Of a stretch of 64,000 nucleotides of DNA, positions 38,804 through 49,282 are shown piece after piece. The position numbers and the translations under genes were made by a program. This DNA comes from Dehalococcoidia bacterium. Its GTDB lineage: Bacteria > Chloroflexota > Dehalococcoidia > SZUA-161 > SpSt-899. The stretch's first letter is position 1; each line of letters begins with the position of its first letter. The notes below the pieces were generated by a model. The model was not told the origin of the DNA, ran no database searches, and saw only the letters and a program-made list of their open reading frames with translations. Location of the stretch: NCBI GenBank assembly GCA_046498265.1, contig JAWOBB010000034.1, positions 503 through 64,502 on the forward strand, read 5' to 3'.

Positions 38804-39570
38804 GGCACATCCTCGAGAAAAGGCTGGCGGGCCCTGAGGGAAGAGACGGCCTCAGCAGATACCTCCGCCATTATGAGTCCTTCGGTGTCTTGCGAGGCGG
38901 AGGCGATGATGCTTCCTTCGGGATCGATTATGCAGCTTGAGCCACAGAAGGTGAGGGGGCCGTCCGTGCCGATGCGATTTGCGGCGATTACATAGCATTG
39001 ATTCTCGATGGCCCGGGCCGCGTTGAGGATTTCCCAGTGCTCCTGGCGGGGGGAGGGCCAGGCGGCGCATATGATGAGCCCTTCGGCCCCGCTTAAGGCA
39101 AGCTCGTGGCTCACCCGGGGGAACCTGAGGTCGTAACAGATAAGGAGTCCCCATTTCATATCGCCGATTTGTACTGTTGTTAGCGAGTTGCCCGGGGTGA
39201 GGTAGTGGTCCTCGTTGACAGGATCGAGCGGCAGCAGGTGGGTCTTGCGGTATTTGCCCAGCAGGTTACCTTCGGGGTCGAAGACGGCCAGCGAGTTGTA
39301 AATTCTGTCACCCTCCCGTTCCGAGAGGCCGCATATCAGGTAAATGGAAAAGTCCCTGGCGGCTCGTCCGGCGGTATCATAGGGCAGGCCCGGCCAGGGA
39401 GAGGCGGTCTGCTGGATGGCGGGCATATCGTATCCGGTATCGGTCATCTCGGGAAAGACGATCAAGCCGCATCGATTGGATTTCGCCTGCCCGGCAAGCT
39501 CCGGGATTCGAGCGCAATTGGCTTCGATATTCCCCGGCTGGCATCTTATCTGGGCTGCGGCTGCTTTCAT
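38800..39570 (-). CDS. Carbon-nitrogen hydrolase (nitrilase family, omega-amidase-like)
   Basis: FPEM, YRKTHL, ICYDLRFP, ARAIENQ. Confidence 0.9.
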   Translation of the reverse strand: MKAAAAQIRCQPGNIEANCARIPELAGQAKSNRCGLIVFPEMTDTGYDMPAIQQTASPWPGLPYDTAGRAARDFSIYLICGLSEREGDRIYNSLAVFDPEGNLLGKYRKTHLLPLDPVNEDHYLTPGNSLTTVQIGDMKWGLLICYDLRFPRVSHELALSGAEGLIICAAWPSPRQEHWEILNAARAIENQCYVIAANRIGTDGPLTFCGSSCIIDPEGSIIASASQDTEGLIMAEVSAEAVSSLRARQPFLEDVP

Positions 39571-39687
39571 GGGTTGATTTTTTCCTAATTACAGCGTCTA
39601 ATCATTCTAATACATTGTTCTAAAAAGGGAAAGGAATCCTCTTTCTCTAAACCCGGCTCGCCATATGTGATAAGATAAATCTGGACC

Positions 39688-40971
39688 ATGATTTCCGAAA
39701 GACTGCTGACCCTTTTTATTCGCCCCCAGCTCAAGCGCTCCCTCCGTGTTTGGCCGGCGAATATGGAAATGCTGCCCGGACCGAAACCGGACCGAGAATA
39801 TCTGCTTTATCTGCACGTTCCCTTCTGTGAGAGCCTCTGCCCGTATTGCTCGTTCCACCGCGTTCCCTTCCGGGAGGAACCGGCTCGCAGATATTTTCGC
39901 TCGCTTCGGGAAGAGATGCGGATGGCCCGTCACCTCGGCTATACTTTTCCGGCGCTGTACATCGGGGGCGGCACGCCAACTGTTTTGATCGACGAACTCT
40001 GCGAGACCATCGACCTGGCCCGCGAGCTGTTCGGGGTCAGGGAAATCTCCTGCGAGACCAATCCCAATCACCTCACTCCTCAGATCGTGGGAGAACTCGA
40101 AGGCCGGGTGCAGAGACTTTCGGTGGGGATTCAGAGCTTCGATGACGGACTGCTCAGGCAAATGCAGCGTTACGAGAAGTACGGCTCCGGTGAGCAGATT
40201 CTGGAGCGCCTGGAGAGCATCGCCGGGCTTTTCCCCACCCTGAATGCGGACATGATCTTCAATTTCCCCAGCCAGACGCAGACAATCCTCCAGGAGGATA
40301 TCCGCAAAATCATCGGCTCAGCCGTCAATCAGGTCACCTATTATGCGCTGATGACCTCGCCTTCGGTGGCGCGCTCCATGAAGAAGTCGGTGGGTGAGGT
40401 GGACTATACTCGCGAGGCTGCATATTATGAGACCCTTTCCGAAAGACTGGCAAGTGCTTTCGAGCCGGTATCGGCGTGGTGTTTTGCCCGCCGGGGCGGC
40501 GAGATGATCGATGAATACATCGTTGATTATGAGGAGTATGTTGGCCTCGGCTCCGGGGCCTTCAGCAATCTGGGTGGCACACTTTATGTCAACACCTTTT
40601 CGCTGAAGGAGTATGATGACAAAATCTCCTCCGGCCGGATGGCGGTTTCGCAGATGCGCAGTTTCAACCTGCGTGAGCAGATGCGTTATCGCTTTATGAT
40701 GGAGCTCTTTGGGCTCAAACTTGACAGGCAACGTTTCCAGGACAGTTTTGGCACCTCGATTGAGCACGGTTTATGGCTGGAAATGGCTTTCATGAAGCTG
40801 GCCGGAGCCTTCCGAAGCAATGACAACAGGTTTCTCAAGCTTACTCCCAGCGGAAGATATTTGCTGGTAGTGATGATGCGGGAATTCTTTGCCAATCTCA
40901 ACGACGTTCGGGATCGTGCCCGGAGTGCAATCGGGACAGAGGGGAAAAAAGAGCTTTTGGAGAATTATTGA
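39688..40971 (+). CDS. HemN-like class C radical SAM enzyme, MenK/MqnK-like menaquinone methyltransferase
   Basis: MISERLLT...LPGPKP, YLHVPFCESLCPYCSF, ETNPNHL, QVTYYALM, MIDEYIVDYEEYVGLGSG, VMMREFF. Confidence 0.7.
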   Translation: MISERLLTLFIRPQLKRSLRVWPANMEMLPGPKPDREYLLYLHVPFCESLCPYCSFHRVPFREEPARRYFRSLREEMRMARHLGYTFPALYIGGGTPTVLIDELCETIDLARELFGVREISCETNPNHLTPQIVGELEGRVQRLSVGIQSFDDGLLRQMQRYEKYGSGEQILERLESIAGLFPTLNADMIFNFPSQTQTILQEDIRKIIGSAVNQVTYYALMTSPSVARSMKKSVGEVDYTREAAYYETLSERLASAFEPVSAWCFARRGGEMIDEYIVDYEEYVGLGSGAFSNLGGTLYVNTFSLKEYDDKISSGRMAVSQMRSFNLREQMRYRFMMELFGLKLDRQRFQDSFGTSIEHGLWLEMAFMKLAGAFRSNDNRFLKLTPSGRYLLVVMMREFFANLNDVRDRARSAIGTEGKKELLENY

Positions 40972-41120
40972 TCCGGCAATTAGTTGCCGGTTTAATAATT
41001 TAAGTAAAAATAGCGGCCCTTGCTTTATAAGGAAATACTGTGCTAACATAGTGGCAACACTTAACCGGGGCGAAGCTATGGGAAAGCCTGGTTCGAGTTT
41101 AATATAAATTAAGGAAGGAA

Positions 41121-42182
41121 ATGGTCACAGAAAAGGAAAAATCCCTGGAAGCAGCAATCGGCCAGATTGAAAAGCAATTTGGCAAGGGCACGATTATGCG
41201 GCTTGGGGAAGCCGGGGCAAAATTGTCCGTGGAGGCAATATCTACAGGTTCAATCTCTCTGGATATGGCTCTGGGAGTGGGTGGAATCCCGCGAGGTCGG
41301 GTGATCGAGATATTCGGCAACGAGGGAGCAGGCAAATCCACATTGGCTCAGCATGTCATGGCGGAAGCCCAGAAAGCGGGTGGAAAAGCGGCTTACATCG
41401 ACGCGGAACATGCGCTGGATCCGCAATATGCTGCCGCGTGCGGGGTTAATATCGAGGAGCTTATTCTCTCGCAGCCCGATACTGCCGAGCAGGCTCTGGA
41501 AATTGCGGAAAAGCTGGTCCGGAGCGATGCCATTGATGTGGTGGTAGTTGATAGCGTGGCAGCACTGGTCCCCAGGGCTGAGATTGAGGGGGAGATGGGC
41601 GATACGCATGTTGGTCTCCAGGCGAGGCTCATGTCTCAGGCATTACGGAAGCTGACTGCTGCTATCAGCCGGTCACGGACAGCGGTTATTTTCATCAATC
41701 AACTCAGGGAAAAAGTGGGGGTTATGTTCGGCAACCCTGAGGTTACTCCCGGTGGCAGGGCTCTTAAATTCTACAGCTCTGTGCGTATCGATCTCAGACG
41801 CAAGGATAACATAAAGCAGGGTGATGAGGTCGTCGGGGCCAGGGTCAAAGCCAAGGTGGTCAAGAACAAGGTAGCGCCTCCGTTTAACGTCACCGAATTC
41901 GACATAATGTTCAATAGCGGCATCAGCAAAGAGGGAGACCTTCTGGATATGGGTGTGGCCAGGGACATTATCAAGAAGAGTGGCGCTTTTTATTCCTTCG
42001 GCGAGACGCGTCTCGGACAAGGACGTGAGAATGCCAAGGAATTCCTGATTGAAAACCAGGAGTTGGCTCAGGAAATTGAGCAGCAGATCAGAGAAGCTTC
42101 CCCGAAGAAAGGCAAGTCTACTCCTTCCTCAAAAAAGAAACCCGAATCAGAAGCTGAACCTCAGGAAGATACCCCCGAATAA
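41121..42182 (+). CDS. recA: Recombinase A
   Basis: [35 protein letters not shown]. Confidence 0.98.
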   Translation: MVTEKEKSLEAAIGQIEKQFGKGTIMRLGEAGAKLSVEAISTGSISLDMALGVGGIPRGRVIEIFGNEGAGKSTLAQHVMAEAQKAGGKAAYIDAEHALDPQYAAACGVNIEELILSQPDTAEQALEIAEKLVRSDAIDVVVVDSVAALVPRAEIEGEMGDTHVGLQARLMSQALRKLTAAISRSRTAVIFINQLREKVGVMFGNPEVTPGGRALKFYSSVRIDLRRKDNIKQGDEVVGARVKAKVVKNKVAPPFNVTEFDIMFNSGISKEGDLLDMGVARDIIKKSGAFYSFGETRLGQGRENAKEFLIENQELAQEIEQQIREASPKKGKSTPSSKKKPESEAEPQEDTPE

Positions 42183-42302
42183 ACGGGAGTTGCGAAATCA
42201 GCCGATTTCGCTGGTATCTGAATCTCTTTCCCGTAGCATCAAGCCCGGTGGGCAGGAAGCGGGAGTGGTATATCCCGCACAGAATCACTGACGGGCAATG
42301 CT

Positions 42303-42947
42303 ATGATTGTCACTGACATCAAACCTCAAAAGAAGGGGAAGAGAAGCCTCAATTTATTCCTTGACGGCGAATTTGCTGTGGCTTTGAGCCCCAAAGCGTT
42401 CGAGGAATTCGGGATTCATATCGGGCAGGAACTTTCCCAAACCGAATTTGAGAAGCTCAAAAATTTCGAGCAAGCTCAACAGGCCTTGGAGCGTGCCCGG
42501 CGATATCTGGCGGCCAGGCCGAGAAGTGAGATGGAAGTGAGAATGAGGTTGCAACGCTATGGTTATGGAGAGGAAATCATATCCCTGACCATTGACCGGC
42601 TGCGGGAATCCGGCCTGGTTGATGATGCAGCATTTGCTGATTTCTGGAAGCAGAATCGAAGGGAATTTAATCCCCGTAGTACGCGAATGATGGCACGGGA
42701 GTTGAAACAGAAGGGGGTCAGTCAGGAGATGGCCACTGTGGCCGTCGAGGGGATTGACGATGAGGATGAGGCTTATCGAGCAGGGTACAGAAAGGCACAT
42801 TCCCTGTCGGCAGCAAATTATTCTGAATTCCGCCGCAAGCTGGGAGCTTTTTTATATCGGCGAGGGTTTGATTATGGTGTGATCAATAGCACAGTGGAGC
42901 GGCTGTGGAAAGAAAAACTTTGTGAGGTTGAAAATGGAACTGAGTAG
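42303..42947 (+). CDS. recX: Regulatory protein RecX
   Basis: RPRSEME, GLVDD..FA, ELKQKG, LYRRGF; directly after recA. Confidence 0.9.
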   Translation: MIVTDIKPQKKGKRSLNLFLDGEFAVALSPKAFEEFGIHIGQELSQTEFEKLKNFEQAQQALERARRYLAARPRSEMEVRMRLQRYGYGEEIISLTIDRLRESGLVDDAAFADFWKQNRREFNPRSTRMMARELKQKGVSQEMATVAVEGIDDEDEAYRAGYRKAHSLSAANYSEFRRKLGAFLYRRGFDYGVINSTVERLWKEKLCEVENGTE

Positions 42948-44469
42948 TATGGTATGGCTTAGCATTATAGCTGGAGGTATAATTATCGGATGTATTCTTG
43001 GCTTTCTTCTCCGGGGCACAATGCTATCCAGGGGAATGCGCCGGGCCGTGGAAGAGGCGAAGAGTCAGGTAAAGGAGGCCGAAGAGAGACAGAAGGAGAT
43101 GCTCCTCGAAGCCAAAGAGGAGGCAATCAAGCTAAAGTCGGATGCGGAGACTGAGAACAGGCAGCGCCGGAATGAACTGACGAAACAGGAGAAAAAACTC
43201 AACCAGAGGATTGACAGCTTTGATCGTAAGGTTGAGTCCTTTGAAAAACGGGAACAGGCCCTGGTTCAAAAGGAAAAGGAGGCAGAGGCCAGTATGGCCC
43301 GCATCGAGAAGTTGAAGGAAGAGCACCGGCGTGAGGCGGAACGCATAGCAGGCATGTCAAGTGCTGAAGCCAAAGAATACCTTCTTCAAATGGTGGAAAA
43401 TGAATCGCGGGATTACATGGCACAGCGTATGCGGCAGGTTGAAGCGCAGTTTAAAGAAGAATCTGATGAAAAGGGAAGAGAGATTCTGGCAGAGGCATTG
43501 CAGCGATGTGCCAGCGAGGTAGCTGCGGAGGCTACAGTCTCGGTGGTAACTCTCCCCAACGATGAAATGAAGGGAAGACTGATTGGCCGGGAAGGCCGTA
43601 ATATACGGGCCCTGGAAGCGGCTACAGGCGTTGATTTGATAGTCGATGATACCCCCGAGGCAGTCACTCTTTCCTGTTATGAGCCGGTTCGCCGTGAGAT
43701 AGCGAGACTGGCGCTGGAAAGACTGATCAAGGATGGCCGTATCCACCCTGGTCGCATTGAAGATGTGGTTGAAAAAGCGCGCAAGGATGTTGAGGTTGAA
43801 ATTCAGGCGGAGGGAGAGCGGGTTATGGCTAAAGCGGGGGTTTTCGGGTTGCCCGGTGAGGTTGTTAAGACTATGGGACGGCTCAAATACCGCTTCAGTT
43901 ATGGACAGAATATGATTAATCACAGCCTTGAAGTGGCGCAAATAGCGGCGGCGCTGGCCAGCGAAATAGGGGCCGATGTGGAGCTATCCAGAACCGCCGG
44001 CCTTCTCCATGATATCGGCAAGGCGGTCGATCGCGATGTGGAAGGGTCGCATGCGTTGATCGGGGCGGATATCCTGGAACGATATGGGATCAATCCTCAG
44101 ATTGTGTCCGCCGTGGCTCAGCACCATGGCGAGGTTGAGACTATGGATACATACGGGTTCATCGTCTCCGCCGCCGATGCTATCAGTGGTGCCCGGCCGG
44201 GAGCCCGGCAGGAATCGGCAGAGCAGTATCTGAAGCGGGTGGAAGCCCTGGAAAACATTGCCAACAGTTTTCCTACCGTTGAGAAATCGTTTGCTATTCA
44301 GGCAGGTCGAGAGATCCGAATACTGGTTAAACCTGAGGAAATCGATGACCTGGAATCTATCAAGCTGTCCCGGAATGTGGCCAAGAAAATAGAGGAAGAG
44401 ATGACCTATCCCGGGCAAATAAAGGTAACGGTCATCAGAGAAACGCGGGCAGTGGAGTTTGCCAAGTAA
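42934..44469 (+). CDS. rny: Ribonuclease Y
   Basis: N-terminal TM and coiled coil, KH ([12 protein letters not shown]), HD (LLHDIGK). Confidence 0.95.
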   Translation: MELSSMVWLSIIAGGIIIGCILGFLLRGTMLSRGMRRAVEEAKSQVKEAEERQKEMLLEAKEEAIKLKSDAETENRQRRNELTKQEKKLNQRIDSFDRKVESFEKREQALVQKEKEAEASMARIEKLKEEHRREAERIAGMSSAEAKEYLLQMVENESRDYMAQRMRQVEAQFKEESDEKGREILAEALQRCASEVAAEATVSVVTLPNDEMKGRLIGREGRNIRALEAATGVDLIVDDTPEAVTLSCYEPVRREIARLALERLIKDGRIHPGRIEDVVEKARKDVEVEIQAEGERVMAKAGVFGLPGEVVKTMGRLKYRFSYGQNMINHSLEVAQIAAALASEIGADVELSRTAGLLHDIGKAVDRDVEGSHALIGADILERYGINPQIVSAVAQHHGEVETMDTYGFIVSAADAISGARPGARQESAEQYLKRVEALENIANSFPTVEKSFAIQAGREIRILVKPEEIDDLESIKLSRNVAKKIEEEMTYPGQIKVTVIRETRAVEFAK

Positions 44470-44520
44470 CGAGTTGGGGCTGAGCGGGGAATCCGGTATA
44501 TTTGCGAAAAGAAGGGTATC

Positions 44521-45291
44521 TTGAAGGTATTGTTAATTGGTGACATAATAGGCAGGCCGGGCCGGCAGGCGGTGGCGGGGCTGCTCCCTGATTTGCTGGA
44601 GCAATACGGAATCGATGTGGTGGTTGCCAACGGCGAGAATGTTGCCGGAGGTATCGGGATTACCCCCCCCCTGGCTTTGGATCTTTACAATATGGGGGTC
44701 GACTTTATCACCTCCGGCAATCATATCTGGAAGCACAAAGAAATCATCCCTTATCTGGATAGCGATTTACCCCTGCTGCGCCCGCTTAACTATCCACCGA
44801 ATGTTCCTGGCAGGGGGTATCTTATCAAGGACGAGGTGATGGTGGTCAACCTTCAAGGACGTGTTTTCATAAGCGATCTCGATTGTCCTTTCCGGGCGAT
44901 GGACCGGTTGCTCGAGGATGTCGAATCGAAACCGCCTGTCATACTCGTCGATTTCCATGCCGAAGCTACTTCGGAGAAAGGGGCGCTGGGTGTTTATCTG
45001 GATGGCCGGGTGAGTGCTGTGGTGGGAACTCATACTCATGTAGGCACTGTCGATGCCCGGATTCTGCCCGGCGGGACCGCCTTTGTGAGCGATATCGGGA
45101 TGGTGGGGCCGCTGGAATCCGTCATCGGGGATGATAAGGAAAACGTGATCGAAAGGTTCCTGACCCAGACCCCCCGGAGGCTATCGGTGGGCAAAGGACC
45201 GGTCATCTTCAATTCCGTCCTGGTTGAAACCGATAACGATGGCAGGGCAGTCGATATAAAACGAATAGATCTGGAGTTTGCGGAAAGATGA
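44521..45291 (+). CDS. ymdB: YmdB/TIGR00282 metallophosphoesterase
   Basis: IGDIIGRPGR, NGEN, GNH, DFHAEATSEK, GTHTHV. Confidence 0.9.
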   Translation: MKVLLIGDIIGRPGRQAVAGLLPDLLEQYGIDVVVANGENVAGGIGITPPLALDLYNMGVDFITSGNHIWKHKEIIPYLDSDLPLLRPLNYPPNVPGRGYLIKDEVMVVNLQGRVFISDLDCPFRAMDRLLEDVESKPPVILVDFHAEATSEKGALGVYLDGRVSAVVGTHTHVGTVDARILPGGTAFVSDIGMVGPLESVIGDDKENVIERFLTQTPRRLSVGKGPVIFNSVLVETDNDGRAVDIKRIDLEFAER

Positions 45292-46130
45292 AAGTCGATC
45301 TTCACATTCACACTACAGCTTCGGATGGAAGGTTGACCCCTTCGGAAGCTGTCCGGAGGGCAGTAGGTTTGGGATTGAATGTCATCTCCATCACCGATCA
45401 CGATTCTGTGGGGGGTATTGATGAGGCCCTGGCCGAGGCCCGTAAGTTCCCCGATTTGACACTTATTCCCGGCGTGGAGATGGGTACCGATTATCCCCAC
45501 GGTGAAATGCATATTCTGGGGTATTTTGTTGATCACTACTCAGAGACGTTCTGCCGGAGGCTGGAGATGCTCCGTAATTCCAGGACCACCCGTACTCAGA
45601 AAATGGTTTCCAATCTGGCTGACATGGGGATCGAACTTAATTGGGAACACGTGGTACGTATTGCCGCCGGAGCATCTATTGGCAGGCCTCATATAGCTCA
45701 GGCTATACTGGAGCGGGGTTATGTTACCGTTTTAGAGGAAGCTTTCGAAAAATACATCGGGGATGACAGCCCGGCTTACGTGGAAAGGGAAAAACTGGGC
45801 CCGACCGAAACAGTGGAACTTATCATGGAGGCCGGGGGCCTGTCGGTTCTGGCCCATCCCGCCAGGCTGGAAAATCTGGACCCTGTCCTCGCGGAACTGA
45901 AGGCAGCGGGACTTGCGGGGATGGAGGTTTACTATAAGGATTACGGACCGGAAACTGTTGAGCGCCTTGCTGAGACGGCTGACAGACATGGCCTGATTCC
46001 TTGCGGGGGGAGTGATTATCACGGTTTTGAGGAAGACGGGAATGAGATAGGCCGGTCCAATGTGCCTGCCGAGACCGTGGATCGGTTGATCGCGGCGAAG
46101 AGAGAACGCAGTAATCTTCCTCCTGAGTAG
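45288..46130 (+). CDS. PHP domain phosphoesterase
   Basis: DLHIHTTASDG, TDHD, GRPHIA, AHP, GGSDYHG. Confidence 0.9.
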   Translation: MKVDLHIHTTASDGRLTPSEAVRRAVGLGLNVISITDHDSVGGIDEALAEARKFPDLTLIPGVEMGTDYPHGEMHILGYFVDHYSETFCRRLEMLRNSRTTRTQKMVSNLADMGIELNWEHVVRIAAGASIGRPHIAQAILERGYVTVLEEAFEKYIGDDSPAYVEREKLGPTETVELIMEAGGLSVLAHPARLENLDPVLAELKAAGLAGMEVYYKDYGPETVERLAETADRHGLIPCGGSDYHGFEEDGNEIGRSNVPAETVDRLIAAKRERSNLPPE

Positions 46131-46142
46131 AGGGTTTTCTCG

Positions 46143-46604
46143 ATGTATTGTGCCCGGCATCCCAAAGTGGAAACGAGTCTGCGGTGCGGGAAATGCGGAG
46201 ATCCCATCTGCCCGAAATGTGCTGTCCAGACTCCCGTGGGGATGCGCTGCCCGAAATGTGCTAATTTGACTCGATTACCTGTTTTTCAGGTCTCGATAAG
46301 GGGATATCTGAAAGCGGTGGGAGTGGGGCTGGGAGCGGCCGGGGTGCTGGGGGTGGCGTGGGGGCTGGTGGTTCCCTATATGGCAGGGTTCGGGTATCTA
46401 CTGGTGCTGGTTGCCGGATATCTAATCGGTGAATCGATAAGCCGGGCGGCCAACCGCAAGCGCAGCATTGGGTTGCAGGTCATTTCAGGAGGGAACACGG
46501 CTATCTGCTTTGGGGTGGCTGTGGCCTTTGGCCTCTGGGTCGGTCTGTATAGTCTCATAGCCCTGGCGGCCGGGATTTTCCTGGCTGTCAGCCGGTTCAG
46601 GTAG
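46143..46604 (+). CDS. B-box-type zinc-finger membrane protein
   Basis: CARHP...CGKCGDPICPKC...CPKC followed by four hydrophobic segments. Confidence 0.75.
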   Translation: MYCARHPKVETSLRCGKCGDPICPKCAVQTPVGMRCPKCANLTRLPVFQVSIRGYLKAVGVGLGAAGVLGVAWGLVVPYMAGFGYLLVLVAGYLIGESISRAANRKRSIGLQVISGGNTAICFGVAVAFGLWVGLYSLIALAAGIFLAVSRFR

Positions 46605-46610
46605 GAATTG

Positions 46611-47291
46611 ATGACGAATGACGGAAAAGTGGGGGTGATAATCGTCGCTGCCGGGAAGAGCCGGCGCATGGGAGGGAGGGATAAGCTTTTTGCCCCTGTC
46701 GGAGGGGTACCGCTGCTGGCCAGGGTGCTCGATTGTTTCCAGGAGTGCCGGGCTGTCGACGAGATAGTGGTGGTGCTGGGAGATGATAACCTGGAGCAGG
46801 GCAGGAAACTGGTGGCCGAACATGGCTGGTCGAAGGTTTCCCGGTTATGCCTTGGTGGTATACGGCGGCAGGATTCCGCGAGGAAGGGCATCGAGGAACT
46901 GAGCGATTGCCGGTGGGTGGTCATTCACGATGGGGCCAGGCCGATGGTCGATGCGGACCTGATTGAAAAAGGCCTGGCTGAAGCTGCCCTGACCGGGGCG
47001 GCAGTTGCCGGGGTGCCGGTTAAGGATACCATCAAGACAGCTTCGGCGGAAGGTTTTGTTCAGGGGACTCCGCAGCGGGAAGGTTTATGGGTGGCCCAGA
47101 CGCCCCAGGTATTTCGATTTGACTTGATAAAACGGGCTCACGAAGAGATATCGGAAAATGTAAGCGACGACGCCATGATGGTGGAGAAGCTGGGGGGAAA
47201 AGTGAAGCTTTACATGGGATCGTACAAAAACATCAAAATTACCACGCCGGAGGATTTGGCCCTGGCGGAGATTATAGTGGGATATAAATGA
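46611..47291 (+). CDS. ispD: 2-C-methyl-D-erythritol 4-phosphate cytidylyltransferase
   Basis: AAGKSRRMG, IHDGARP, QTPQVF, KITTPEDL. Confidence 0.95.
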   Translation: MTNDGKVGVIIVAAGKSRRMGGRDKLFAPVGGVPLLARVLDCFQECRAVDEIVVVLGDDNLEQGRKLVAEHGWSKVSRLCLGGIRRQDSARKGIEELSDCRWVVIHDGARPMVDADLIEKGLAEAALTGAAVAGVPVKDTIKTASAEGFVQGTPQREGLWVAQTPQVFRFDLIKRAHEEISENVSDDAMMVEKLGGKVKLYMGSYKNIKITTPEDLALAEIIVGYK

Positions 47292-47779
47292 GTTTGCGTG
47301 TCGGGATCGGATATGATGTGCACCGGCTGAGCGAGGGGCGGAAGCTGGTTCTGGGTGGTGTGCAAATACCTTTTGAAAAGGGCCTGCTCGGCTGGAGCGA
47401 CGGGGATGTGGCAATTCACGCCATCATAGATGCCTTGCTGGGCGCTGCTGCCATGGGAGATATCGGCACCCATTTCCCTTCCGATGATCCGGGGTACAAA
47501 GATATCTCCAGCCTGATTCTGCTTACCCGGACCCGCCAAATTCTTGAAGGGAACGGCTGGAGGATTGGTAACATAGATGTTACAATCGTAGCACAGGAAC
47601 CAAAGCTTGCCCCCTTCCTCGGGAAGATGCGTCACGAGCTTGCCGAAAAACTGTCTTTGAGCGAAGGCCAGATTGGAATAAAGGCCAAAACCACCGACGG
47701 ACTGGGCTTCACGGGGGAGGGAGGAGGCATTGCTGTTTATGCAGTGGCGCTGATAAGGAGCTCGAATGAAAATCTATAA
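47288..47779 (+). CDS. ispF: 2-C-methyl-D-erythritol 2,4-cyclodiphosphate synthase
   Basis: [24 protein letters not shown]. Confidence 0.95.
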   Translation: MSLRVGIGYDVHRLSEGRKLVLGGVQIPFEKGLLGWSDGDVAIHAIIDALLGAAAMGDIGTHFPSDDPGYKDISSLILLTRTRQILEGNGWRIGNIDVTIVAQEPKLAPFLGKMRHELAEKLSLSEGQIGIKAKTTDGLGFTGEGGGIAVYAVALIRSSNENL

Positions 47780-49127
47780 CACGCTTTCAGGCCGCAAAGA
47801 GGAATTTGTTCCCCACGGAGATGAGGTTAAGATGTATGTCTGCGGGGTCACCCCTTACGATTCCTGCCATATCGGACATGCCATGAGCTATATAATTTTC
47901 GATATGGTACGGCGCTACCTCAGGTTCCGCGGCTATGAGGTCAAGTACGTGCAGAACTTCACCGATATCGATGATAAGATCATTGCCCGGGCCAACGAGC
48001 GAGGAATCTCCGCCCGGGATATGGCCGAGGAATTCATCAGGGAATACTTCGAGGATATGGATGCCCTGAATATCATGAGGGCCGATGTTTATCCCTACGC
48101 CACCGATATGGTGCCGGATATCATCCGGGTGGTCGAGACGCTGATCGAAAAGGGATTTGCCTACGAATTGAACGGCGATGTCTATTTCCGGGTTCGAAAA
48201 GCCGATAGCTACGGCAAGTTGAGCCATCGGAACCTGGACGACCTGCGGGCCGGGGCCCGGATAGAGGTGGATGAGGCTAAGGAATACGCCCTCGATTTCG
48301 CGGTTTGGAAAGCGGCCAAGCCGGGCGAGCCGAGCTGGGAGAGTCCGTGGGGGCCGGGGAGGCCGGGGTGGCATATCGAGTGTAGCGTGATGTCTCAGAA
48401 ATACCTGGGCGATACCCTGGATATACACGGCGGCGGGCAGGACCTGATCTTTCCCCATCATGAGAATGAAATCGCTCAGTCGGAGGCTTTTACGGGGGTA
48501 ATTCCGTTCGTCAAATACTGGATGCACAACGGACTGCTGCAGATGGACCAGGAGAAGATGAGCAAATCGCTGGGCAATCTCATCACGGTGAAGGAACTGC
48601 GCCGGCAGGTCAGCGCGGATGCTCTCAGGTTGTTCATGCTCAGTTCCCATTATCGCAGTCCGTTATCTTACACCGATGAGGGGCTGGAGGCTATGGAACG
48701 CGGTGCCGACCGGCTCACCAGAACTGCGCAACTGGAGGAGAACGAGGAGGGCGAAACCTCAATCGATGCCAATCCTTACTGGCAAAGGTTTATCGAGGCT
48801 ATGGACGACGATTTCAACAGTGCCCAGGCGGTGGCGGCGCTTTTTGATCTGGCACGAGAGGTTAACAGGGGTTGGGAGGAAGGGGCTAAAATCGGGGAGG
48901 CACAGAATGCGCTTCGGGAACTGGCAGGGGTGCTGGGCCTGAAGCTGGAAGAAGTCCGGAGGGAATTCTCGGCCGGGCCGTTTGTCGATCTGCTGGTTGA
49001 TATCCGAAATCAGTTACGAGCGGAGAGGAAGTTTGAACTGGCGGATATGATTCGCGACCGGCTGGCGGAACTGGGTATTGCCCTGGAGGATTCGGCGCAG
49101 GGAACCAGATGGCGGCAGGAAAGGTGA
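47766..49127 (+). CDS. cysS: Cysteine--tRNA ligase
   Basis: [33 protein letters not shown]. Confidence 0.97.
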   Translation: MKIYNTLSGRKEEFVPHGDEVKMYVCGVTPYDSCHIGHAMSYIIFDMVRRYLRFRGYEVKYVQNFTDIDDKIIARANERGISARDMAEEFIREYFEDMDALNIMRADVYPYATDMVPDIIRVVETLIEKGFAYELNGDVYFRVRKADSYGKLSHRNLDDLRAGARIEVDEAKEYALDFAVWKAAKPGEPSWESPWGPGRPGWHIECSVMSQKYLGDTLDIHGGGQDLIFPHHENEIAQSEAFTGVIPFVKYWMHNGLLQMDQEKMSKSLGNLITVKELRRQVSADALRLFMLSSHYRSPLSYTDEGLEAMERGADRLTRTAQLEENEEGETSIDANPYWQRFIEAMDDDFNSAQAVAALFDLAREVNRGWEEGAKIGEAQNALRELAGVLGLKLEEVRREFSAGPFVDLLVDIRNQLRAERKFELADMIRDRLAELGIALEDSAQGTRWRQER

Positions 49128-49130
49128 TCT

Positions 49131-49281
49131 TTTGAATCAGGGGTCGGGGAAAGGGAGAACCTAAGGATAGGGAAACTGAAGACTGGGAACATGGAGTCAG
49201 GAGTCAGGGATCGGGGAAGCGGAGAATAGGGGGAATTGGAATAGGGACTGAAAACTGACGACTGAAAACTGAAAGCTGAAA
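49131..49281 (+). repeat. Degenerate purine-rich heptamer tandem repeats
   Basis: GAGTCAG x2 and ACTGAAA-ACTGACG-ACTGAAA-ACTGAAA-GCTGAAA (49247-49281). Confidence 0.7.
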
Positions 49282-49282
49282 A

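Noticed and set aside
38526-38810. 95-aa N-terminal extension of ArgS in the ORF track
   Set aside because: It overlaps the DUF2007-like gene, and a TATAAT promoter lies just upstream of the MIRDTI start.
40972-41120. LexA (GAAC-N4-GTTC) box upstream of recA
   Set aside because: No convincing match seen.
49131-49281. CRISPR array
   Set aside because: Repeats are 7-nt tandem units without spacers, and there are no cas genes.
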